DNA from: a virus
Lineage: Duplodnaviria > Caudoviricetes
IMG/VR virus record: IMGVR_UViG_3300025357_000908
Span: 1 to 64,000 of that record
Length of the DNA: 64,000 nucleotides
Direction: 5' to 3' (one strand)
Position numbers and translations under genes: made by a program. Shown one piece after another: positions 20,134-29,672 of the stretch. Positions within the stretch are counted from its first letter, which is position 1. Every line of letters starts with the position of its first letter. The notes under the pieces are model-generated. The model was not told where the DNA came from and did no database searches. It saw nothing but the letters and a program-made list of their open reading frames with translations.

Positions 20134-20801
20134 CGACTGTATATAATTTGATGACCTCTATCGGCTAATCTTAGCCCCTCTTCTCCGAAAGAACCCTGCC
20201 CTTTATGATATGCTGGAAAACTGGTTATGTATCGACGGTTTTCTTTATCATGTATTCTTTCTCCAACTAACTGTAGTTCATATCCATCTCTGACAGTTTT
20301 AAAACAAAAATCGATATCTTCTCCGTAACCCGGACTAAAGACCATATCTAAATATCCGTATTTTTCTAATACACTCTTTTGTAATCCTACGCAGAAGAAA
20401 GGAAAGTACATTTTTCCCATAGCATACATATTAGCGGAGCATGTAACCGATATGTTAGGGTTTTGTTTAATAGGATCTATTAGCATATTAATCCATGTGT
20501 GCGGAGCCATATAGTCTAATATAACTACATCCGTGTTTAACAAAATAATATAAGGAGTAGAAGCATGCTTTAAGCCTATATTAGCTGCAGCTGTAAACCC
20601 CAAAGCATTCGAATGCCAAATAAATTTAATAGCGCTATTGTTTAATTGTACCAAGTAGTCTGCACTCTCTTTATCACTACCATTACACACTACTAATATA
20701 TCCACCCTACTTAAATCCGAGCACTTTATTATAGAATCAATACACTCTTTAAGCAGAGCTACCGGTTTATATGCTGGAATTACTATAGTGGTATCTTTCA
20801 C
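20124..20801 (-). CDS. Glycosyltransferase family 2
   Basis: TIVIPAY, LGF..A.N.G, LLNTD, GYGEDIDFC. Confidence 0.88.
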   Translation of the reverse strand: MKDTTIVIPAYKPVALLKECIDSIIKCSDLSRVDILVVCNGSDKESADYLVQLNNSAIKFIWHSNALGFTAAANIGLKHASTPYIILLNTDVVILDYMAPHTWINMLIDPIKQNPNISVTCSANMYAMGKMYFPFFCVGLQKSVLEKYGYLDMVFSPGYGEDIDFCFKTVRDGYELQLVGERIHDKENRRYITSFPAYHKGQGSFGEEGLRLADRGHQIIYSRYS

Positions 20802-20835
20802 GTAATTTAATTACATAAGCTCGGGAATAAGCAAT

Positions 20836-20869
20836 AAGAAACCCGCTCATTACTGAGCGGGTTCTTTTT
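20836..20869. terminator. Probably bidirectional intrinsic terminator after gp23
   Basis: AACCCGCTCA-ttac-TGAGCGGGTT with T-rich tails both ways. Confidence 0.88.
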
Positions 20870-20897
20870 AAGACACTTTTTACTAAGTGTAAACCTC

Positions 20898-22346
20898 TTA
20901 GAGGAATACAGCTTGTGTACCAGGTGTAAAGGATTGATGTAATCCTGTTACAATGATTAAGTGGTAGTATAATGCTGCACCGAAGATGTGGTCAATAACG
21001 CCATAACGGGTCATTAAACCAACACGTGGGCTGAAGTCATTAGGTCCGATTGTACGTTGTACCAATACTGGGATGTATGGGCAGTATACAATACCTGTAT
21101 CATAGTATTCAGCACCCTTGTAACCTAATAGAGCATACTCTAATGGGTTAGCACGTGTACCTACTTGATACTGAGCTTCTGTACGTGTATCACGGTAAAC
21201 ATTGAAACGTCCACCAACTGTACCTACCTTAGCGATACCAACAGGTTGAGTGTTGACATTACCTTGAACAGGGAACCATTGGAATTCAGGAAGCATTTCT
21301 AACATTGCGCAAACACGAGGTGTAGCAACAATGAAGTTAGCTGCGCCACGACGGTTACGGATAGCAACGCGGTTAGCTTCAACGATAACACGTGCATAGA
21401 AGTCACGGTTACGTTCACCTAACCAACGGCCATCTGCTGAAACAGGTGACCATACTGAATAACCAGCACCAAAGCCTGCATTGATTGCAACTTGGCACAT
21501 ACGGATAATCATTTCACGGTCGATTTCAGCCTGAATTTCGTACGACATTGCGTTCGTTAATTCATTGTCAACGTCGATACCGTTCATGTTCTTGAGATCT
21601 TGCTCAAGTTCAACAGACCAACGAGCTGCTAAACGACGTGTACCAGCTTCAACTGCTGTCTTTTCGAAAGCAACAACCATCTGAGGGATGTTTGAGCTTA
21701 ATTCAAAGTTTGCTAATAAGTTAGCAACGCCTTGATCAAGAGCAGGTACTGGGAAAATGTCGGAACCTGTTGGAGCTGTAGCACCACCGGATAACCAGGA
21801 AGCTGATGTACCAGTGAAAGCTGTGTTTAGATAATTCCAGCCAGCTTCTGTGCCGTCTGTATCATCTGTCCAGCCTTGGACATTGTTTGCTGTTGCACCA
21901 TAACCACCATCTGGGCTTGAAGCACCGAGTGGAGTTGATTCGTATTTATAACGAAGAGCGAATGCGAGACCGACTGGACCGCTCATAGGTTGAACACCAA
22001 CGATTTCGTTTGTGATCAATTCTGGGAAAGTACGACGGATCATCGGAATGAGAATCTTTGGCAGACGGGCATCACCAGTTGCATAGAAGTCACTGGAAGG
22101 TTTACCACCGAAGCCCATTGAGCCTGCTGAACCGAATACGCCACCAGCACCTGCTGTGTTAACGCCTTCGTTTAAGCACCATTGTTCTTGATTTTCAAGA
22201 AGAATAGCAGTGTTTAACTTTGTGTGATCATCTTTAATAGCTGGAGTTGCTTCATCAGCGTGCTCGAGCAATGGAGCCCACTTTTTGAGTAAGCTTGCTG
22301 CACGATCCTGATTGATATATGATTGTGAAGGTTTGATTGATTTCAT
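20898..22346 (-). CDS. gp23: Major capsid protein
   Basis: GVQPMSGPVGLAFALR, ELEQDLKNMNGID, YCPY, TRYG motifs of T4 gp23. Confidence 0.97.
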   Translation of the reverse strand: MKSIKPSQSYINQDRAASLLKKWAPLLEHADEATPAIKDDHTKLNTAILLENQEQWCLNEGVNTAGAGGVFGSAGSMGFGGKPSSDFYATGDARLPKILIPMIRRTFPELITNEIVGVQPMSGPVGLAFALRYKYESTPLGASSPDGGYGATANNVQGWTDDTDGTEAGWNYLNTAFTGTSASWLSGGATAPTGSDIFPVPALDQGVANLLANFELSSNIPQMVVAFEKTAVEAGTRRLAARWSVELEQDLKNMNGIDVDNELTNAMSYEIQAEIDREMIIRMCQVAINAGFGAGYSVWSPVSADGRWLGERNRDFYARVIVEANRVAIRNRRGAANFIVATPRVCAMLEMLPEFQWFPVQGNVNTQPVGIAKVGTVGGRFNVYRDTRTEAQYQVGTRANPLEYALLGYKGAEYYDTGIVYCPYIPVLVQRTIGPNDFSPRVGLMTRYGVIDHIFGAALYYHLIIVTGLHQSFTPGTQAVFL

Positions 22347-22409
22347 AACTAATATAATTTTTTAAACTAACAATATCTCAAGTACTTAACAGTACTTCAA
22401 CGTTAGATA

Positions 22410-22415
22410 TATTTA
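22410..22415 (-). promoter_or_regulatory. Late promoter TAAATA of gp23
   Basis: Lies immediately after the gp22 terminator; same motif precedes most structural genes. Confidence 0.65.
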
Positions 22416-22416
22416 C

Positions 22417-22444
22417 AAAAAAAGCCCCGATTTCTCGGGGCTTT
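22417..22444 (-). terminator. Intrinsic terminator after gp22
   Basis: GCCCCGA-GAAA-TCGGGGC then T7 on the minus strand. Confidence 0.9.
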
Positions 22445-22467
22445 GACAAATTATTTTATCCTAAAAC

Positions 22468-23424
22468 TTAGTAAGGTTTTTTTGTAAATTCACTTACGTA
22501 AGCTTTTGCAACATATTCTGCACCTTCAGTTGCTTCTGATTCGGCTGAAGAATAAGATCTGGATTCTTTGATCACTTCTTTTGGTTGTGATACATCAACA
22601 CCTTTTGTCTTTGTTTGTGCGGATTCTTTAAGAATCTGTACTTCATCTTCTTCCTTCTTATCATACATTTCTGCAACGTAATTAAAGTTTTCTTTAATTG
22701 CTTCCATTTTCTTTTCACTGAGAACACGGAGCATATAGTCTTTCTTAGCCTTTGGGAAGTTTTCGAGCTTCTTTTCTAAGAATAATTGTTTTTCAGCTTT
22801 TTCAGCTTTTTCTGTTACAAGTTGTAATTGACCTTGAAGTTTCTTGATTTGTTCATTAGCTTCATCGATCTGCTGCTTGCCATCTAATAGAGCTTCTTTA
22901 ACACCTTCGTTAACGAATTCATCACTTAGACCGACTAAACGTTTTACTTCATCAACAATCTTACGAGAACGAGCATTTTGTGTTGCTTCTGCGATTTGTT
23001 GAGCAGGAATTGCTTTATCAATATAAAGATCAATATAGTTTGAAAGTTGTTCTACTAATGTTTCTTTAAATTTCTTTGCTTCACTATTTAGTGCATTTTC
23101 ATAAAGCTTTACAAGCTTTACTAATTTTTCACTGTGAGCTTCATCAAGCGCGGTTAAGGCGTGTTTAAATTTAACAGCATGTGCTTCATCAATACGAGCA
23201 ACAATCTTGTCAAGTTTTTCAGTATGATCAGCGTCGATAGCTTCTAATACTGCTTCAAGTTTCGAAGCATAATCTTCATCTTGTTTAACTAAAGCTGCTT
23301 CAACAGCGAGGGATACCTTTTCTTCGGCTTTCTTTTCGACAGCTTCAGATACAGCTTTCAAGGTTTCATCAGAAAGTAAATCCTTGGTAGCTTCTTTTAA
23401 AAGAGAATTAATGTCTTGGCTCAT
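22468..23424 (-). CDS. gp22: Prohead core scaffold protein
   Basis: Acidic coiled-coil protein between gp21 and gp23, with L/I-K-E sites. Confidence 0.82.
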   Translation of the reverse strand: MSQDINSLLKEATKDLLSDETLKAVSEAVEKKAEEKVSLAVEAALVKQDEDYASKLEAVLEAIDADHTEKLDKIVARIDEAHAVKFKHALTALDEAHSEKLVKLVKLYENALNSEAKKFKETLVEQLSNYIDLYIDKAIPAQQIAEATQNARSRKIVDEVKRLVGLSDEFVNEGVKEALLDGKQQIDEANEQIKKLQGQLQLVTEKAEKAEKQLFLEKKLENFPKAKKDYMLRVLSEKKMEAIKENFNYVAEMYDKKEEDEVQILKESAQTKTKGVDVSQPKEVIKESRSYSSAESEATEGAEYVAKAYVSEFTKKPY

Positions 23425-23470
23425 ATATGATTATTATTACTTATATAAATTGATGGTAAAAAACAAGATT

Positions 23471-23623
23471 TTACTTATCCTGTGTTGAAAGTTTCTTGTC
23501 TGCAGCTACAATACGTTGTTTGATTTTTTCATTAACGATGGCTGCAAGCTGTGTATCGGCTTTCTTAAAGTCGTTACGGGCTACATGATTAATGAACTTA
23601 GAGATTGACTGCTTTGTATCCAT
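23471..23623 (-). CDS. Small prohead core-like protein (50 aa, not in the ORF track)
   Basis: MDTKQSISKFINHVARNDFKKADTQLAAIVNEKIKQRIVAADKKLSTQDK*; starts 1 nt after the gp21 stop. Confidence 0.65.
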   Translation of the reverse strand: MDTKQSISKFINHVARNDFKKADTQLAAIVNEKIKQRIVAADKKLSTQDK

Positions 23624-23624
23624 A

Positions 23625-24284
23625 TTATTTAATTGAGTTAATAAATTGTATAATTTGCTCTCTTAAATAGAGATCAACATCTTTTCTTGGTAATGATTTA
23701 AGTTTGCCTTCGAATGTGTCATATACTTCTTCGTAAAGGCCATTACCTTTTAAAATAAATGCTTTAGATTCTAAAATACCATCAACAAATGCACCAGGAG
23801 CGGATGGGTCAGCAACAACGTCTACAGTGATAAGTTTCATATTTTTAACATGATTGACACCACTTTTTTCTTCAAGCTCACCGAGTGCTCTGGAAGAAAC
23901 ACCAACTTTAACACCATCTCTAATTAAGCTCTTTAATACTTCTCCTAATGGAGTACTTAGTACTTTACTTTTGCCGCGGCAAATATTACCATCCATGCGC
24001 AATTCAGTAATAAGATGGCAAGCGCGCTCACTGTTAACTGTAGCGCTTTGTGGGTGCTCGAGCTCTCCTAATGCGCGGTTGTTTTTAACAAATTCATTGT
24101 TATAACGCTCAACTTCTTTTGCCATTTCATCGATGTTATAGATACGATTATTACGATTCTTTTCACCAGCTACCATATAGGTACCTGCAATGTACATTGT
24201 TGAGGGTTTATCTTTGTTACCTTCTTCAATAAGATAATCAAGACCTTCCGTGATTGGATTTTGCGTTATTAACTTTAGTAACAT
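23625..24284 (-). CDS. gp21: Prohead protease
   Basis: KNRNNRIY, ALGELEHP, GVSSRALG, DVVADPSAPGA. Confidence 0.95.
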   Translation of the reverse strand: MLLKLITQNPITEGLDYLIEEGNKDKPSTMYIAGTYMVAGEKNRNNRIYNIDEMAKEVERYNNEFVKNNRALGELEHPQSATVNSERACHLITELRMDGNICRGKSKVLSTPLGEVLKSLIRDGVKVGVSSRALGELEEKSGVNHVKNMKLITVDVVADPSAPGAFVDGILESKAFILKGNGLYEEVYDTFEGKLKSLPRKDVDLYLREQIIQFINSIK

Positions 24285-24310
24285 GTTGCTTATATTATTT
24301 ATGTAACTCC

Positions 24311-24338
24311 TTGCTTTTTCTATGGTGTATTATAATAT
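24311..24338 (+). promoter_or_regulatory. sigma70-like promoter of the GT operon
   Basis: TTGCTT-N16-TAATAT. Confidence 0.55.
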
Positions 24339-24343
24339 AAAGC

Positions 24344-25411
24344 ATGGTTAAACCCAAATATAGTGTAGTTATTCCGACTTATAACCATTTAGATGACTTC
24401 TTAAAACCGTGTTTAGAAAGTATAATTAAGTATACGGATTTAGAGAGTACTGAAGTGATAGTTGTTGCAAACGGTTGTAAAGATAATACAGCTGGTTACG
24501 TTAATAATCTAACAACTACATATCCAAACATTAAGCTTATAGAAGAAAAAGACGGGCTTGGGTATACTAAAGCTACAAATATTGGTATTAAAGCATCTCA
24601 AGGTGAATATATAGTACTATTAAATAACGACACTATACTATTAGAACAGTATAAGAATCAGTGGTTAGATATGTTAGAAGACCCGTTTAAGAATGACCCG
24701 TTAATGGGTGTGACAGGTCCTTTGTGGCAAGTTGATAAGATTACAAAATACAGATTCATTATTTTCTTTTGTGCAATGGTACCTAAAAAGTTATTCGATG
24801 AGTTGGGTATATTAGATGAAATATTCTCACCCGGTAGCGGAGAAGATATTGACTTCTGCATTAAAACTCAATTAAAAGGATACAAAGTACAAGTTGTACC
24901 TGTATATACCCAATTAGAAGCTAAAGACAGAAAGATTGTTGCTGGTAATTTTCCTATATACCATTATGCAGAAGGTACGTTTGAGCATATTGAAGATTAT
25001 AGTAGTGTAACATTTAAGCGTAATAGTTTAGTTAATTTAAAAAGATATAGTACTGACATAAAGCTTCATTTAACATCTAAAAACACGGCTGGTTTGTTAC
25101 CTGGGCATATTAAAGTACATCCCTCTAACCCCACATGTGATATACTATCAAATTGGAATTCATTAGACTTTAATGATAGTACTGTAGAAGAGGTAGCACT
25201 AATGGACTCTGTAGATGAAATACCAATAACATTTTTACAGGACTGTACAAAGGAATGGAACAGAGTATTAAAGCCGTCTGGTAGGTTGTTAATATTAGCG
25301 CAAAAATTAAGCACCGCAGTAATTATACAAGCTATCTTAAAGAGTAAATTTAAGGTAGAGGGTACACAAGAATATAACGACAAAATGTTTATACAAGCTT
25401 CAAAATTATGA
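24344..25411 (+). CDS. GT2 glycosyltransferase fused to a degenerate class I methyltransferase-like domain
   Basis: SVVIPTYN, LLNND, GEDIDFC; C-terminal EWNRVLKPSGRL. Confidence 0.82.
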   Translation: MVKPKYSVVIPTYNHLDDFLKPCLESIIKYTDLESTEVIVVANGCKDNTAGYVNNLTTTYPNIKLIEEKDGLGYTKATNIGIKASQGEYIVLLNNDTILLEQYKNQWLDMLEDPFKNDPLMGVTGPLWQVDKITKYRFIIFFCAMVPKKLFDELGILDEIFSPGSGEDIDFCIKTQLKGYKVQVVPVYTQLEAKDRKIVAGNFPIYHYAEGTFEHIEDYSSVTFKRNSLVNLKRYSTDIKLHLTSKNTAGLLPGHIKVHPSNPTCDILSNWNSLDFNDSTVEEVALMDSVDEIPITFLQDCTKEWNRVLKPSGRLLILAQKLSTAVIIQAILKSKFKVEGTQEYNDKMFIQASKL

Positions 25412-26457
25412 TAACAGACAAAGTTACAGCCACTGTTTCTACTAAGGGTAGATATTACAATACTTTTCCTTTAGTACTGACGTCATTAGCTAATCAAACA
25501 CTTAAACCATCTCGTCTTATTATATATGATGACAACGATACGTTAGAAGATATAAGAGAAAATGAAATATATAAAAACATTTTAACCCTTTTAAACAGAG
25601 TAGGTATAAACTGGGAAGTAACAGTGGGTGCACGTAAAGGTCAAATACATAACCATCAACGTGCTTTAACCGATGTAAAATCAGAATTTATATGGCGATT
25701 GGATGATGATAATGTAATGGAAACTGACACATTAGAGAAACTATATAACCACATTACTACAGATAAAAAAATTGGAGCAGTAGGTCCGCTTATACTGGAC
25801 CCCAAGAAAGAAATGTATCACAGAATGGCTTCCAATAAAATAGAAGATATATTTTTAGGTTTCAATATACAGTGGATAGACCCTAAGAAAGAATCATATA
25901 TTGAAGTAGATCACTTACAGGGTAGTACATTCTTATTTCGTAAAGAAGCTGGTAAACATGGTTACGATTTAAATCTTTCACGTGTAGGGCATAGAGAAGA
26001 AACCATCTTTACATATGAAATGAGACGCGCAGGTTGGAAACTTGTAGTCTTAACAGGCGTGAAGACTTGGCATATGCGTTACGGAGCCGGTGGTATACGT
26101 AGTAGTAATCAAATTGAAATGTTTGATCATGATGAAAAAATATTCCATAGTTATCTTAAGAAGTGGAATGTGAAGGCCGCTAATGTAAAAGTAATACCTT
26201 TAGATGCAGGTATTGGAGATCATTATGCATTTAGAATTGCGCTACCTGCAATTAAAGAAAAGCACAAAGGTAGTAGAATAGTGATTGGCGCGTGTTATCC
26301 TGCTGTATTCGAAGACGAAGAAGGAGTTGAAGTGATAAGTTTAGCAGAAGCAGCTGCGTTTGTAAAAATAGAAGACCACAATATATATGGTTGGATGGAT
26401 AGACATAACTGGAAAAAATCATTGTCAGAAGCATATAAAACAGCATATACAACATGA
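25408..26457 (+). CDS. GT2 glycosyltransferase fused to a GT9-like N-terminal half
   Basis: WRLDDD, HREET; C-terminal AGIGDH...LPAIKEKH. Confidence 0.78.
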   Translation: MITDKVTATVSTKGRYYNTFPLVLTSLANQTLKPSRLIIYDDNDTLEDIRENEIYKNILTLLNRVGINWEVTVGARKGQIHNHQRALTDVKSEFIWRLDDDNVMETDTLEKLYNHITTDKKIGAVGPLILDPKKEMYHRMASNKIEDIFLGFNIQWIDPKKESYIEVDHLQGSTFLFRKEAGKHGYDLNLSRVGHREETIFTYEMRRAGWKLVVLTGVKTWHMRYGAGGIRSSNQIEMFDHDEKIFHSYLKKWNVKAANVKVIPLDAGIGDHYAFRIALPAIKEKHKGSRIVIGACYPAVFEDEEGVEVISLAEAAAFVKIEDHNIYGWMDRHNWKKSLSEAYKTAYTT

Positions 26458-26927
26458 AAAAAGTATTAATAAGCCCATTTGCACAAAAATTACGTAACGG
26501 TAAAGAAAACCCTAAAAACTTTCCTTACTGGAAAGAGTTAGTAGCACTAATGAATAACGCTGATATACAAGTTATTCAAATAGGAGCAGGTAAAGATGTA
26601 CCAGTGGAGGGAGTAACTGATTTTAGACAAGGTCTTAAGCTTGCAGAAATAAGAGATCTTGTAAAAGAATGTAATACTTGGATATCTGTAGATAGTTTTT
26701 TACAACATTTGTGTGCATATTATAAATTTAAACGCGGTATTGTTATATTCAGTCAATCAGACCCAAAACACTTTGGATATACCCGTAATCTTAATATGCT
26801 TAAGAGTGAAAGGTACTTAAGAGAAAAGCAATTCTGGCTATGGGAGCAATGTGATTACAAACAAGAAGCGTTTGTAACAGCTCAAGAAGTAATGGATACG
26901 TTATCAAAACTATTAAGTGGTAAGTAA
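26454..26927 (+). CDS. GT9 (heptosyltransferase-like) C-terminal half
   Basis: KNFPYWKELV, VIQIG, ISVDSFLQHL, GIVIF...P..FGY. Confidence 0.75.
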   Translation: MKKVLISPFAQKLRNGKENPKNFPYWKELVALMNNADIQVIQIGAGKDVPVEGVTDFRQGLKLAEIRDLVKECNTWISVDSFLQHLCAYYKFKRGIVIFSQSDPKHFGYTRNLNMLKSERYLREKQFWLWEQCDYKQEAFVTAQEVMDTLSKLLSGK

Positions 26928-26937
26928 GTATTAGCGT

Positions 26938-27822
26938 ATGGCTAATCCTAACAGCACCGTAGGTCCTTCAGACTTTCTATCTACAAATTTAAATAGTAGA
27001 ATTAAAAGCTATGATATGCTTGCTGAGCGTATCTTTTTTCAGCTCGGTGCACCTGTTATTAATTTAGAAATAGCTTGTAATGCTGCGTACGATGCTATTG
27101 CATATGCAATAGAAATGTATACAAAGTTTACACCTGGTACAGAAGAGTTATTAGTATTTGATAGCGCTCTATATACTGCAGGTCAGGGTATAAGAATGGA
27201 CACTCTTATTAATAATACTTTAAATCCAGAAGTATCAGCATTAAGCTCTACATTTCAATCTGGTTGGGATGTAGATTTGAATGATTATAGAAAAGTAATT
27301 GACGTTACTTCATTCTCGGTTGGTACTAATAACGGTGTTAATACATTGTTTACTATTGAACAATCAATGGCACAACAAATGCACTTTGCATATAGCTTAG
27401 GTAGCAAAGCATTCGATGTTATTTCGTGGCACATTTTAAAAGATTGGTTAAAGACTCGTGAAAAGGTGTTTGCACAGCAACCTTACTTCAGATTCGACCC
27501 TCGCACTCAAGTTTTACGTATTACTCCTGATCCTGCGCAAGCTGGTAAAGATAGATACTGGGCAACTGTAAGTTGTAAGATTGAAAGACCGATAAAAGAT
27601 TTAGTAAAAGAGCGCTGGGTAATGGAATACGCTAAAGCTCTTGTTAAGATTAACATAGCTAATACGCGTGGTAAATTCCAAAATACACAACTGTTTGGTA
27701 GCGGTACACTACAATATAACGAGTTAATGACACAAGGCACGACAGAAAAGAAAGATCTTGAAGATCAACTTTTAAATACGCGTCAGGAGGATCAAGAACC
27801 TCCAATGTTTTTCATGGGTTAA
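26938..27822 (+). CDS. gp13: Neck protein, gp13-like
   Basis: LGAPVINLEI, WVMEYAKAL, GKF, C-terminal PPMFFMG. Confidence 0.85.
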   Translation: MANPNSTVGPSDFLSTNLNSRIKSYDMLAERIFFQLGAPVINLEIACNAAYDAIAYAIEMYTKFTPGTEELLVFDSALYTAGQGIRMDTLINNTLNPEVSALSSTFQSGWDVDLNDYRKVIDVTSFSVGTNNGVNTLFTIEQSMAQQMHFAYSLGSKAFDVISWHILKDWLKTREKVFAQQPYFRFDPRTQVLRITPDPAQAGKDRYWATVSCKIERPIKDLVKERWVMEYAKALVKINIANTRGKFQNTQLFGSGTLQYNELMTQGTTEKKDLEDQLLNTRQEDQEPPMFFMG

Positions 27823-29613
27823 TTATTGAGCGCCTGGAAGTGCGCTTGGTGCACCGCCTGCTGCTTCAGGACCCGCTGGAGCTGCTCCACCAGCTGGTGC
27901 TTCTCCACCTTGAGGTGGTAATGCACTACCACCGCCACCTGGCCCTGGACCAAATGCTGGAGGTGTACCACCACCCGCTGCACCCCCACCGCCACCACCA
28001 CCTTGTGCACCACCACCAGTAATACCTTCACGCCAGTTAGGACCAGCATTGGTGATTTGAGCAACTTCAAATGCAAAGGCGGCATCTTTCTTCATCCATT
28101 CACGGTTAACTTTGAGTTCCTCATCAGTCCAATTCATATACTTCTTTAAGGCATATGATTTAGATACAGCTTCAGTTTGAATAGCATCGTTTAATGATTT
28201 AACCTTTAAGTCGTGTATTTGTGCTTCACGAGCTGCATGGAAATAAGTAGGTGGGTTAAATGATACATGTATTTCTTGCTCTTTTAACTTATACTGATCC
28301 CAAAGACCCTTTAACTTTAAATGCGTAATTAAAGTTTCTTTTAATGTGGAAGCAAATTGACGCTGAAAGCGAATGATAAGACGAGCAAATTTAAGCTCTT
28401 CACGTAAAATTTCAGCACCATCAGCATATTTTGCTTCTGGGTCTAAGCGGCTTGTTGGAACACGTAGCGCTTTATATAATTTCTTAACAAAGTAATTTAA
28501 GTCATCTAATTGACCTAAGTTTGCACCACCTGGTAATGAAGTAACATCTGTACCTGTACCGTCTGGACGTTTAGCAAACCAATAACTATCTAACATTGAT
28601 TGCGGGTCGTAAACATTAACATTACCACCCTGAGTTGAATCATAAGTTCTACGAGACCAATATGATTGCATTAGACGCTTAATGTAAGCCTCTGCTTTAG
28701 GTGCAGGTAAATTGCCTACATCTACTTTAAATACTAAACGTTCTGGAGCTCTTACTAAGCGATAAACAATAATACTATCTTCAATTAAGCTTAACTGTTT
28801 GTATGCTCGGCGCGCCACTTCAAGATAAGGTAAACGAATTGTTTTATGTTCATTCCATGTATGAGAGTGAAAATATGTTACCTGGTGACGCTCTAAAGGA
28901 ATTAGCTCTTGTTTAGCGGTATTTCTGTTTTGTGCATCTTTATCTATAACAGGCTTGCGTAATAAAAAGCCTTTGATCAGCATATTTTGAATATTGTCAT
29001 AGATTGGATTAATATGCTCTGTAGGTATCTGAACAACACCTATAATACCGGCATCTTTTTTGTCCTCATGTATAACGTTCTCAAAATACAGTTCAGCATC
29101 AATTAAAATTGATCTAAAATATTCAAAACCTTTATTATCTAAATTGAATTGTTCGACTAAATTGTGAAAGTTCTTTTGAAGTTCTTTTGCAATAACAGGG
29201 TCTTTACTCTCTGCAACAGTTAAATTAACGTACTTACCTTTATCGTCTTTAACAAGCATTTCATCGCAAATTTCATCTAATGCGTGGCTAATTTCTGCAT
29301 AAGAAGCCATAACACGATAATCTGCTAAACGTTTTGGTTTGTCGGTATCAATTAATGCGTATAAAAAGTCATGATATGCTTTGTTAATAACAATACCTTC
29401 AAGTGAAGGCATGCCTGGCATATCTTGTTGAGTAGAAACAGCTTGCTTATAAACACGCTCCTTAGCGGAGCTATTAATATTATAAAATGTTTCAAACTTA
29501 GGATTAAGCTCTTTAATGTTGTCGATTACTTGAGCATTACCAGTATACGGCAACCTGTTAACAATGTTGTTAAATGTGCGAGTAAAGAAATTAGGTTGTA
29601 CGTTGTCAGCCAT
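27823..29613 (-). CDS. gp20: Portal vertex protein
   Basis: EDSIIVYRLVRAPERLVFKVDVGNLP, LPGGANLG, EILREELKF; Gly/Pro-rich C-terminal tail. Confidence 0.96.
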   Translation of the reverse strand: MADNVQPNFFTRTFNNIVNRLPYTGNAQVIDNIKELNPKFETFYNINSSAKERVYKQAVSTQQDMPGMPSLEGIVINKAYHDFLYALIDTDKPKRLADYRVMASYAEISHALDEICDEMLVKDDKGKYVNLTVAESKDPVIAKELQKNFHNLVEQFNLDNKGFEYFRSILIDAELYFENVIHEDKKDAGIIGVVQIPTEHINPIYDNIQNMLIKGFLLRKPVIDKDAQNRNTAKQELIPLERHQVTYFHSHTWNEHKTIRLPYLEVARRAYKQLSLIEDSIIVYRLVRAPERLVFKVDVGNLPAPKAEAYIKRLMQSYWSRRTYDSTQGGNVNVYDPQSMLDSYWFAKRPDGTGTDVTSLPGGANLGQLDDLNYFVKKLYKALRVPTSRLDPEAKYADGAEILREELKFARLIIRFQRQFASTLKETLITHLKLKGLWDQYKLKEQEIHVSFNPPTYFHAAREAQIHDLKVKSLNDAIQTEAVSKSYALKKYMNWTDEELKVNREWMKKDAAFAFEVAQITNAGPNWREGITGGGAQGGGGGGGAAGGGTPPAFGPGPGGGGSALPPQGGEAPAGGAAPAGPEAAGGAPSALPGAQ

Positions 29614-29672
29614 TTATATATTATTTACACTGTAAGCTATTATTATATACTGGATTTATTAAATTACAACTA

